From positions 512,001 to 576,000 of the forward strand of contig OZ242164.1 of assembly GCA_965205335.1 (NCBI GenBank): a DNA stretch of 64,000 nucleotides. The letters are read 5' to 3'. A program made the position numbers and the translations under genes. The notes beneath the pieces were generated by a model. The model was not told the DNA's origin. It was given only the letters and a program-made list of their open reading frames with translations, and ran no database searches. This stretch comes from Candidatus Woesearchaeota archaeon (lineage in GTDB: Archaea > Nanobdellota > Nanobdellia > Woesearchaeales > UBA583). This document shows, piece after piece, positions 29,410 through 37,986 of this stretch; position 1 is the first letter of the stretch; every line of letters begins with the position of its first letter.

Positions 29410-30393
29410 TGTATTGTCCGCAAAAAATTTCCCACTTTGGAAATTGAGTCTTTTATGAAACTAAATGCTTTGGACATTGAAAAGATAATTAAGCGTAAGA
29501 ATAAAGGTGTTTCATCTGTTTTTATTGCTAAGCAGTTCAATATTAGTAAAAGAAGAGTTAATCAACTTTTCTTAGAATTTAAGAAAACAGGGTTACTTCC
29601 TATTTTGCAGAAGAATGGCATGAAACCAAAAAGAGTCTATCCTAGAAGTTTAGAAAGAAGAATTCTTTCTTTGCATTCAAAACTAGGGTTTGGAGCAAAT
29701 TACATTTGTCAATATCTGCGTAAGAAAGAAAACTTTAAAATTGCAAATAACTATGTTCATATTGTGTTACTTGCAAATAATAAAGCAACTGCCAATCCTA
29801 AAAAGCAAAAGAGAAGAAAGCCATGGATTCGTTATGAAAAACCATGGTCTTTAGATATGGTTCATATGGATTGGCACTATAATTCACATTTGCAAATGTG
29901 GATGTGTGCGGTCTTAGATGATAAATCAAGGAAAATCCTTTGTGGAGGCGAGTTCAAAAAACAAGAAGCAAAACACAATATTGGGTTGATCAAACAAGCT
30001 TACAAAACGTATTTGCATATAAGACCAATTGATATTTGTTTGACTGATAGAGGCAGTCAGTTTTATGCAAATAAGCAAGAGGGTAAACAGCAGGGCATAT
30101 CTGAGTTCCAAAGAGTCCTTGCCAGGTTAGGAATTACACATTCAAAATGTAGATATAAACACCCTCAAACCAATGGTAAGTTTGAGAAGTGGAATCATAC
30201 CTATGAACTTCATAGACAGAAATTCAATACATTTAATGAATTTATGGACAGGTATAATCATAGACCGCATGGTAGCTTGGATTTTGATACGCCTGAACAA
30301 GTGTTCTGGCGTGAATTAATGCCATGGACATTAGGTAGTTTTATAAAAATGATTGGAGATAATAAAAGTGGGAAAAAGAATTAGGACAACACA
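29410..30393 (+). mobile_element. IS481-family element type B, copy 1 (984 bp)
   Basis: Ends TGTATTGTCC...GGACAACACA; boundaries defined by alignment with copy 2 at 43119-44102. Confidence 0.9.
29455..30384 (+). CDS. IS481-family transposase
   Basis: HMDW, LDDKSR, TDRGSQF, HPQTNGKFEK, YN.RPH.SL; the ATG inside the element is at 29455. Confidence 0.92.
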   Translation: MKLNALDIEKIIKRKNKGVSSVFIAKQFNISKRRVNQLFLEFKKTGLLPILQKNGMKPKRVYPRSLERRILSLHSKLGFGANYICQYLRKKENFKIANNYVHIVLLANNKATANPKKQKRRKPWIRYEKPWSLDMVHMDWHYNSHLQMWMCAVLDDKSRKILCGGEFKKQEAKHNIGLIKQAYKTYLHIRPIDICLTDRGSQFYANKQEGKQQGISEFQRVLARLGITHSKCRYKHPQTNGKFEKWNHTYELHRQKFNTFNEFMDRYNHRPHGSLDFDTPEQVFWRELMPWTLGSFIKMIGDNKSGKKN

Positions 30394-30406
30394 ATTATTG
30401 CGTGGC

Positions 30407-30624
30407 TGTGTAGTCAGGTGACATATGTCACCAGTCTAAAAGTTAACAAGCCTTGTTGAATTTATGAAAAAAGACAAAGTTATTGCAACAACAATCTAGG
30501 GTTATTTAGGTATAGATATAATGTTTTTAGACCTTATGAGAGCTTATTTAGTCAGACTCCTTCTTATGAGTTTGGCAACTTTCAGAGAAAGTTGAGGTGG
30601 TGACATATGTCATAATACTACACA
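30407..30624 (+). mobile_element. internally deleted non-autonomous derivative (MITE, 218 bp) of IS481 type A
   Basis: Left end and first codons (ATGAAAAAAGACAAAGTTA) of the 24768 element joined to its last about 140 bp (TTGCAAC...GGTGACATATGTCA..ACTACACA). Confidence 0.88.
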
Positions 30625-30671
30625 CTATTATATTACCAATCCAGCATACCTTTAATTCTTATTCTTTTTCT

Positions 30672-30890
30672 TGTGAGTTATAATATCATCATATATAAAA
30701 AAGTCTTGTCATATTTGGTCTGAGAGGGTGTGTTTTGTGGTGTGTGCTCACGTTCTAGTATTAGTATTTGACATTTAGAGTACGAATACTTACATTTTAA
30801 CTTTATGAATTCACGGCGTAAATGTTCTTTTTTCATAAAAATTAGAAAAATTCTAATTTTATATGGTAGCATATGCTACTTTACTGCACA
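30672..30890 (-). mobile_element. remnant/MITE of a diverged IS481 type-A relative
   Basis: Minus-strand end TGTGCAGTAAAGTAGCATATGCTACC; MKKEHLRREFIKLKCK-YSYSKCQIL is similar to the type-A N-terminus MKKDKVRKVFIKLRVKQNSYSKCKKIL; distal end is degenerate and uncertain. Confidence 0.7.
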
Positions 30891-30921
30891 TGAATAAAAA
30901 TAAAATATCATCAAACTTCTC

Positions 30922-31863
30922 TTATTTCTTCTTCACTAATTCCTTTAACTCACATGTATTGCAAATCTTCTTTTGCGAAGGTTCTTTGCATCTCTCACAA
31001 AAAGTTACAGTATCTCCAAAATCATCTAAATATTTCTGTGACAGAACATCTTTTGTTTCAAGATAAAAATTAACAATTGAATTCTTAACCCCTTTATGCT
31101 TATCCTCTAAATGATTCAATATTTCCGATAACTCTTCTCTAAATGAACCTTTCGAATTAGGACACTGACAATACTTAATATCAAACCCTTTAAGAATTGT
31201 ATATAATCTAACCTCTTTCTCAGTGCATAAATAAAGCGGTTTAACTCTTGGAATAAATTTATCATTTGAAACAACGCCATTATTTGGTCCTAACCTTGCT
31301 AAAATCTTAAAATTATTCTTGAAAATATTGAGCAGAATGCTCTGAGCTTCATCATCTGTATTATGTCCTGTGACAAGTTTTGTAGCACCTAATTTTCTTG
31401 CCCCAACATTTAAAGCATTTCGCCTAAAAGTCCCGCATATATTACAAGGAGATACATTTGAATTATTACTTTTCAGAACTGCAACAGACTCATCCAATGT
31501 TTTTCCGAAAATCTCTTTATATGAATTAATATGCAATTCAATGCCTAAATCTCCGCAGAACTTTTTTGCAAATTCCAATGTGTGTTCACGGTAATTTGCT
31601 ATCCCCTCATCAATTGCAAGAGCAATAACATTTTTCTCTAAATTCTTTCTTTTAAGATACTTGTACGTCAGATACAAAACTGCAATTGAATCCTTTCCTC
31701 CTGAAACCGCAACAACTAATTTATCATCTAACTCAAACAAATTAAACTTTCTAATTGTCTTGAAAACTTTATCCTCAAAATACTTAATAAAATCTAATCT
31801 TGTAAGTCTTCTCCCATTAAGAAGTTCATAAACATAAACAGGTTTGGTCTCTTTCTTATCCAT
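30922..31863 (-). CDS. tRNA 2-thiolation protein (NcsA/Ctu1/TtuA family)
   Basis: PP-loop SGGKDS, IDEGI..YR, PCNICGTFRR, TGHNTDDEAQS, C-terminal CERC...CNTC. Confidence 0.9.
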   Translation of the reverse strand: MDKKETKPVYVYELLNGRRLTRLDFIKYFEDKVFKTIRKFNLFELDDKLVVAVSGGKDSIAVLYLTYKYLKRKNLEKNVIALAIDEGIANYREHTLEFAKKFCGDLGIELHINSYKEIFGKTLDESVAVLKSNNSNVSPCNICGTFRRNALNVGARKLGATKLVTGHNTDDEAQSILLNIFKNNFKILARLGPNNGVVSNDKFIPRVKPLYLCTEKEVRLYTILKGFDIKYCQCPNSKGSFREELSEILNHLEDKHKGVKNSIVNFYLETKDVLSQKYLDDFGDTVTFCERCKEPSQKKICNTCELKELVKKK

Positions 31864-31935
31864 ACATACAAAATAATAAGTATGGATTTAAAAAGAGTTT
31901 GTATTAACTAATATCAAAGTTATAAACGTTAAGAG

Positions 31936-32571
31936 TCATACACTATAGTTCTTCATTTCTTCAATCTTAGTTATAATTTCTTTTCTTAGTGGAACTAAAA
32001 ACCTGCTCTGACAAATTTCAACTGCTGTTTGTCTATATGATCTGTCTTCAGATAAAGAAGTATAAATGAAAAAATTTCTTTCTAATTCATTTAATCTATC
32101 TGAAACAGGTTTAATTCTTCCAAGATTTATTCCTAAATAAGAAGGACTACACTCACAGGAAAAATTATAATACCCCCCACTTTCAATATCAGAACTTATA
32201 CTTGTAATCTTATTATAATCATCACAAAAAGATTCCAAAGACTTCAATCTTCCCTCTATTTTTTCTCTAAACTCAGATGGAATTTGGATAGTTTCAGAGG
32301 GTTCTCCTTCCAGTATATTTCGTAAATAAAACAAATCATCTTTTAATTTTGGCTCGCCCATCCTAAGTAAAGTTAATCCTATACCGTTCCATAACTTATA
32401 ATTTTCAGAAAAAAGAATACTTTCACGACATTCCTTTGATTTTGTAGAATCTTGAGAGGATAAACCATCCAAAACCCCACTAGAGCCTGCAACTTCTTGA
32501 CTTAAGTTATGATTTCCCATAAAACCTCTGACGCGATAGTAAATCCGACGAGGAAATTCTGAAATTTCCAT
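31936..32571 (-). CDS. hypothetical protein
   Basis: Long ORF with no recognised motif; start uncertain. Confidence 0.5.
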   Translation of the reverse strand: MEISEFPRRIYYRVRGFMGNHNLSQEVAGSSGVLDGLSSQDSTKSKECRESILFSENYKLWNGIGLTLLRMGEPKLKDDLFYLRNILEGEPSETIQIPSEFREKIEGRLKSLESFCDDYNKITSISSDIESGGYYNFSCECSPSYLGINLGRIKPVSDRLNELERNFFIYTSLSEDRSYRQTAVEICQSRFLVPLRKEIITKIEEMKNYSV

Positions 32572-32718
32572 ATTTATCATATCACAGTAGATATATAAAA
32601 ATTTATAAAGATATCGCATTGAATTTCCAGCCATAAAATTATATTATTACATCTTTTTCATGAAATCTGAGCAGAATTAAACAATTAATTTTATTAAACG
32701 GAAATTATTCGTAAAAAT

Positions 32719-33771
32719 ATGTTTAAAATACCTCAGGTAGAAAAATCCTCTTATTATATTGACAAAGCTATGAAATCAATGCAAGAAGTAGCCCTAAAAG
32801 AAAGAGAGAAAATCAAAGAAAGATACTCAAAAAACTTAGGGATGAGAAGAAAAGAAAAAGAGGAAATAAATCTAAACAAAAGAAAAGACTTAGAACTTTT
32901 TAAAATAAAATATTTAAACGAACAAATTAACAGAGACGTCAGAAAGATTGTAAAAAGATTTCCCAATTTCTTAAAAGTTAGCGAGATATACATAAAGCTA
33001 ATTAACACTTCCCAAACGCCAGTATCAAACATAAAAGATTCCCTCTCATTAATTAAATGGATTGGCGACGCCTCAGATGAATTTACAGAGAAAACGCAAT
33101 TCAAAATTAAAAAAGCAAAAACAAGTGAAACTATTGGATTTCTAATGAAAAAACACTTAGGAAAAATAAATTCTCTTTTTAGAAAAAACAAAGATGCATT
33201 TGAAATTCTTGAGAATGCCAGAAAGTTTATGAACAAATTACCAGTATTTGAAGATTTATACACTATTGCAATAGCAGGTTACCCCAATGTAGGAAAATCA
33301 ACTCTTATGAAAAAAATGACATATTCAAATGTTGAAATCGGAAATTATCCGTTTACAACAAAGAATTTAATGTTTTCATATTTAAAATATAATTCCAAGA
33401 AAGTAATTCAGGTAATTGATACTCCCGGTCTTCTAAATCGTAATAAAAACAATAGTATTGAAGAGAGAGCAAATATAATAATTAGAGATTATGCTCAGAG
33501 CATAGTTTTTGTTTTAGACATCACAGATTCAGTTGAAAAACAAATCAAACTGCTAAAGCATGCATATGAATACAAAAAGCCAATTCTAATCTATTTAAGC
33601 AAAACAGATATTTACAACGAAGAGCATAAAGAAGAACTCCAAGAAATCAAAACCAAGATTAAAAAATTCAAAATCTTTGATAACCCGGATGAATTAAAGG
33701 AGTTTATAATTAATGATTTTTTGAAAACAAAAAAAGACTTCAATCCAGATAAATTAAAAGTAATCAGGTAA
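32719..33771 (+). CDS. NOG1-like (Obg superfamily) ribosome-biogenesis GTPase
   Basis: Helical N-terminal domain, GYPNVGKST, YPFTTK, DTPGLL, SKTD. Confidence 0.88.
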   Translation: MFKIPQVEKSSYYIDKAMKSMQEVALKEREKIKERYSKNLGMRRKEKEEINLNKRKDLELFKIKYLNEQINRDVRKIVKRFPNFLKVSEIYIKLINTSQTPVSNIKDSLSLIKWIGDASDEFTEKTQFKIKKAKTSETIGFLMKKHLGKINSLFRKNKDAFEILENARKFMNKLPVFEDLYTIAIAGYPNVGKSTLMKKMTYSNVEIGNYPFTTKNLMFSYLKYNSKKVIQVIDTPGLLNRNKNNSIEERANIIIRDYAQSIVFVLDITDSVEKQIKLLKHAYEYKKPILIYLSKTDIYNEEHKEELQEIKTKIKKFKIFDNPDELKEFIINDFLKTKKDFNPDKLKVIR

Positions 33772-33776
33772 TTTGC

Positions 33777-34409
33777 CTAAGTTATCTTTTCCTTAGACTC
33801 TTTGTTATCAACCAATTCTTCTGTATCTTCCACTTCTGATTCACTTGTTGTATACTCAAGTCCAATATCTTTTACTATTTGCTCATCTGATTTTAGATAC
33901 GTTTTCAGATTCTCATTTGCTTGTTCTCTAAACTCTTCATTTTGTTCTAACTTAAAATAATCATAAAATTTCTTAGTTACCCTGTAATATCTTCCAACAC
34001 CATGTTTCTCATACGATACAAACTTGGCTTTTGCTAAATAATCAACTTCCTCTTTTACATACTTCCCCAAAATCTCACTAAGTCTTGTCTTGGTTATGGG
34101 TTGCTCATACGCTATAACTGATAACACCTTTAACACATTTCTTGGAATTTCTGTTCCTGATATAAGAGATGATACTATTTCATTGAACTCATCTTTAAGA
34201 CTCATCCTCCACCTATTATCTTCATTCTCAACTGTAAAAGGAAATCCTGTTTCGTATTTTTGTTTTAGTTCTTCAAGTATGTCCTTTACTGCCATCTCTG
34301 AGTCTTCATCCATAGATTCCATAATTTCGGAAATTGTAATCCAATCCCCATAAGAAAATAAAATAGCTTCAATCTTTAATTTCATTTCATCATACTTTTG
34401 GTTATTCAT
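33777..34409 (-). CDS. scpB: segregation and condensation protein B
   Basis: IEAILF, LSVIAYEQPIT, Y.VTKKFYDYF.L. Confidence 0.9.
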   Translation of the reverse strand: MNNQKYDEMKLKIEAILFSYGDWITISEIMESMDEDSEMAVKDILEELKQKYETGFPFTVENEDNRWRMSLKDEFNEIVSSLISGTEIPRNVLKVLSVIAYEQPITKTRLSEILGKYVKEEVDYLAKAKFVSYEKHGVGRYYRVTKKFYDYFKLEQNEEFREQANENLKTYLKSDEQIVKDIGLEYTTSESEVEDTEELVDNKESKEKIT

Positions 34410-34518
34410 ACTAATAGTATCACATAACCAATTTATAAATATTTAGTATTACAAGAAAGTTTTGCAGTCTTGAAATAAATATTAATTTTTAAGAAAATAA
34501 TCTAATGGATTTACTCTG

Positions 34519-35385
34519 CTACTCCAACTTCAAAAGGAATTCATTTAACTCTTCAATTTCTGTTTTCTTTAGAGAATACGAATTAAGCATCATTATTCCA
34601 ATTCCATTAAACTTCTTTATTCTTGAATCTATGTACTTTAGAAACTCAAATACGATATAGAATGAATTCATCTTGAATAATGTGTTCATATCTATCAATA
34701 TTATTGGATTTGATGACTGTTCTAAGAAATTGTCAATGTATGAGACTAAATCATTAATATGCAGAGGATCTACCAAATCGGAGTTTTCATCCAAAACTTC
34801 TTTTAAATAACCTGAATTAATTTTCTCATCCAACTGATTAACCCAAGCAATTGGAGTTTTTTGAATATTAAACTTTGTTCTGATTTCTTTGGGATTATTC
34901 TCTGATATGAAAAATCCTTCAAATCCAATTTTAGTTGCCTTTGCAAATTGTTCAATTAGAAATTTTCTATCTTTCTTTATAAAAAGGTATGAATTTGAAT
35001 TATCTATATTTATATCAAGTTCCCCACCTAATGTTCCTTCCTGAACTGGAACAAATTTCATTTTAACGAATTTTCCTTTATAATATTTTAATATTAAATG
35101 TTCTAAGAGCAATCCACATGCTAAAAATGACATTGAGATAAATACTAGAGAATATACCAATCCTTCTGTTACTACAGGGTTAATAAATATAACTGAATAT
35201 GTTACATAAAAAAATCTTATAAGTTCTGATAATGCAAGAAAAATTGCAGATACACCAATATAAAACCAAGGTCTCCTATGTTTTTGATAGTATACTTTAA
35301 AGATTATTTTAAGAACTATGTATATTGCAAGTACTGACATAAACACAGTAAGTAAAGATATTATTGAAATAGGAGGTTCCATCAA
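34519..35385 (-). CDS. membrane protein with C-terminal DUF835-like (inactive RecA/KaiC-like) domain
   Basis: 3 TM helices, then GFFISE.NP..IR...TPIAW, VDP, IILID. Confidence 0.7.
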   Translation of the reverse strand: MMEPPISIISLLTVFMSVLAIYIVLKIIFKVYYQKHRRPWFYIGVSAIFLALSELIRFFYVTYSVIFINPVVTEGLVYSLVFISMSFLACGLLLEHLILKYYKGKFVKMKFVPVQEGTLGGELDINIDNSNSYLFIKKDRKFLIEQFAKATKIGFEGFFISENNPKEIRTKFNIQKTPIAWVNQLDEKINSGYLKEVLDENSDLVDPLHINDLVSYIDNFLEQSSNPIILIDMNTLFKMNSFYIVFEFLKYIDSRIKKFNGIGIMMLNSYSLKKTEIEELNEFLLKLE

Positions 35386-35663
35386 TAATCTCCTAGTTAT
35401 ATAATTTATAAATATTATTTGTTATTTGAAAATGAGGTTTTAATAGTTGGGAATTTTTAATGCAAAATTGCAAAGGAATTTAAAGTGAATCCCTACAAAC
35501 TTGAGATTCCATTCAAAAGAAGAGTTGATGAAAAGTGCAATTAAGAGCAACTATTATTTAGCAAATTAAAGAAAATAACAAATTCTTAACAAAACCAAAA
35601 TATAAAAAACTTCATAAAGACCGCTCTCTTATCCCAAATATAAAATCCCTACTTGAAAACACA

Positions 35664-36359
35664 ATGAAATTAGCAATACTATACTCAGGAGGAAAAGACT
35701 CAAACTTTGCCTTATTTGAAGCCCTGAAAAACAACAATAACAAAATTGTCTGTCTAATATATATGAAATCAGAAAATCCAAACTCTTATATGTTTCAAAA
35801 CGTTGGCTGGGAATTAGTTCAGATGCAATCTCAAGCATTGGGAATTCCCCTTCTAACCCATAAAACAAAAGGAATCAAAGAAAAAGAATTAGATGATTTG
35901 AAAACTGCAATAAAAAAAGCATGTGATGAATTTGGAGCACAGGGAATAGTTAGCGGCGCAATAAACTCATGCTATCAAGCATCAAGAATTCAGAGAATCT
36001 GTAACGATTTGAATTTATGTTCATTTAATCCATTATGGCAGATTAACGAAGATGATTTCATATCCAAGATCCTTGAAAACAATTTTGATGTCAGAATATT
36101 TGGTGTTTTCTCATATCCTCTTGATTGGAATTTCATAGGGAAAAAATTAGACAAAGAATTAATTTCAAGATTGAAAACCATAAGAAAAAATTACAAAATA
36201 TCCATTGCAGGCGAAGGAGGCGAGTTTGAATCATTTGTATTAGATTCTCCATTATTTAAGAAAAAAATAAAAATCGATTCCTTTGATGTAAAAAAAGATT
36301 CTCCTAACTGTGCAACTATTTCAAATATCTCCGCAAGATTAATCAGAAAAGAAAAATGA
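35664..36359 (+). CDS. dph6: diphthine--ammonia ligase (Dph6)
   Basis: SGGKDS, SYMF, EKELDDL, SGAI.S.YQ..R, PLW, GEGGEFESFVLDSPLF. Confidence 0.92.
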   Translation: MKLAILYSGGKDSNFALFEALKNNNNKIVCLIYMKSENPNSYMFQNVGWELVQMQSQALGIPLLTHKTKGIKEKELDDLKTAIKKACDEFGAQGIVSGAINSCYQASRIQRICNDLNLCSFNPLWQINEDDFISKILENNFDVRIFGVFSYPLDWNFIGKKLDKELISRLKTIRKNYKISIAGEGGEFESFVLDSPLFKKKIKIDSFDVKKDSPNCATISNISARLIRKEK

Positions 36360-36901
36360 TTCTTATAATTAATGTCTGTTTTAATGAATTGCATTACAAC
36401 GAATTCGTAAGACCCATTGTTAATATTCTAAAAGAGAACAACTTCAAATACACAGTTGCTACATACTTGGATTTACGTGAAAAGGATATTCTCTCATCTG
36501 ATAAAATTATTATATGCGGAACTGCCCTTTCCGATAACAATTACATAAAGCACATAAATAAATTTAAATGGATTAAAAATACCTTAAAACCTGTTTTGGG
36601 GATTTGTGCTGGTGCTCAGATTATCGCACTTGTCCTTGGAGGAAAAATTACAGATGAACTGCAAATAGGCTTGATTAATGAACTTCAAATCACAAAAAAA
36701 GATAGCATATTTGATAGTGTTAATATTAATTCATATTACACACTGCACAATCATGGAATTGATAATTCAGGAGACTATGAAATTTTAGCAAAGAACTTGC
36801 AAGGAGAAATTCAGATTATTAAAAAAAACAATACTTACGGATGCTTATTTCACTGTGAAGTTCGCCAAAAAGAAATGATACTTAATTTTTGCAGACAATA
36901 A
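36356..36901 (+). CDS. class I glutamine amidotransferase
   Basis: IIICG, PVLGICAGAQ (nucleophile Cys), LFHCE (His-x-Glu); ATGA overlap with dph6. Confidence 0.88.
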   Translation: MILIINVCFNELHYNEFVRPIVNILKENNFKYTVATYLDLREKDILSSDKIIICGTALSDNNYIKHINKFKWIKNTLKPVLGICAGAQIIALVLGGKITDELQIGLINELQITKKDSIFDSVNINSYYTLHNHGIDNSGDYEILAKNLQGEIQIIKKNNTYGCLFHCEVRQKEMILNFCRQ

Positions 36902-36931
36902 ATTTATAATATAAACTTACATATCATAATT

Positions 36932-37333
36932 ATGACAAATATTTTTGAAAAAATAATAGCAAGAGAAATCCCAGCATATATAATATATGAGGATGAGAAA
37001 CATATAGCCTTCTTAGACATAATGCCTTTTGAAAAGGGACACACTCTTATAGTCCCAAAAAAACCATACATAACAATCTTTGAAATGAATGAAAATGAAT
37101 TTACAGAGTTAATGCGAGTTGTTTACAAAATTGCAAACCATTACGAAAAAGAACTTGGATGTGGAATTAATATCTGGCAGAACAACAAAAAAGTTTCAGG
37201 TCAGGAAATTCCACATGTTCACTTCCATGTTATCCCGAGAAGAATCTCAAAACCAACATATCGTTTAGATTTAAGAGAAAAATATTTAAATAATGAAGCA
37301 GAGAATTATCGTAAGAGATTAAAATTAATCTAA
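36932..37333 (+). CDS. HIT-family nucleotide hydrolase
   Basis: IFEKII, AFLDI.P...GHTLIVPK, GQEIPHVHFHVIPR. Confidence 0.94.
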   Translation: MTNIFEKIIAREIPAYIIYEDEKHIAFLDIMPFEKGHTLIVPKKPYITIFEMNENEFTELMRVVYKIANHYEKELGCGINIWQNNKKVSGQEIPHVHFHVIPRRISKPTYRLDLREKYLNNEAENYRKRLKLI

Positions 37334-37340
37334 GCAGAAA

Positions 37341-37658
37341 ATGGTTGAGTTTTGCAATAGTTGTGGTGCTATAATTATGGGGAAAAAAGGGGAAGATGTT
37401 ACATGCCCAAGTTGTGGAAAATCTAAAAAAGCAAAAGGAGAAATTAATTTATCCCAGAAAGTTGACACAAAAGAAAACTTAGAAATACTTAATACTGATG
37501 ACACTGCTCAAATCCATCCTACAACTCAAGTTGAGTGTCCCCAATGTAAAAGCACAGAGGCTTACTATTGGACTAAACAGACAAGAGCCGCAGATGAGCC
37601 CGAAACCCAGTTCTTCAAATGCGTTGAATGTTCTCATCAATGGCGAGATTATAGATAA
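37341..37658 (+). CDS. tfs: transcription elongation factor TFS (RpoM/TFIIS-like)
   Basis: FC..CG, C..C, ECPQC, QTRAADEPETQFFKC..C.HQWR. Confidence 0.94.
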   Translation: MVEFCNSCGAIIMGKKGEDVTCPSCGKSKKAKGEINLSQKVDTKENLEILNTDDTAQIHPTTQVECPQCKSTEAYYWTKQTRAADEPETQFFKCVECSHQWRDYR

Positions 37659-37767
37659 ATCAAAATTATCATATATATACTGTGTACCATACTTCTTGAA
37701 AATCAAACATTAATTTCTGATGCATACATACTGGAAAATAGATGGGTTAAAGTTTTTGTGCACTTTT

Positions 37768-37986
37768 TTATATTTCACTAAAAGAGCAAAAACAAGATAC
37801 ACTTTTTACGCCATTAATACATTGATATGAGCAAGAAGTACTAGTAAAACAAATACAACTTGTAGCCTGACTTACTATACCAGAGGTAACACTGCTTACA
37901 TTCCAACTACTCAAATTACCATTAAATGAACTTGCACCAGAGAACACATTTCCCTTCATATCTGTAACACTACTTAAGGAGGGCAA
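37768..37986 (-). pseudogene. orphan fragment: one DUF285/BspA-type repeat plus Cys-rich tail
   Basis: SSVTDMKGNVFSGASSFNGNLSSWNVSSVT fits the DUF285 repeat pattern; out of frame with and overlapping the stop of the upstream giant gene. Confidence 0.55.

Noticed and set aside
35430-35630. Possible MITE or IS remnant between the DUF835 gene and dph6
   Set aside because: Only a weak end similarity (GGTTTTAATAGTT vs GGTCTTTATGAAGTT) and no TSD; not supportable.
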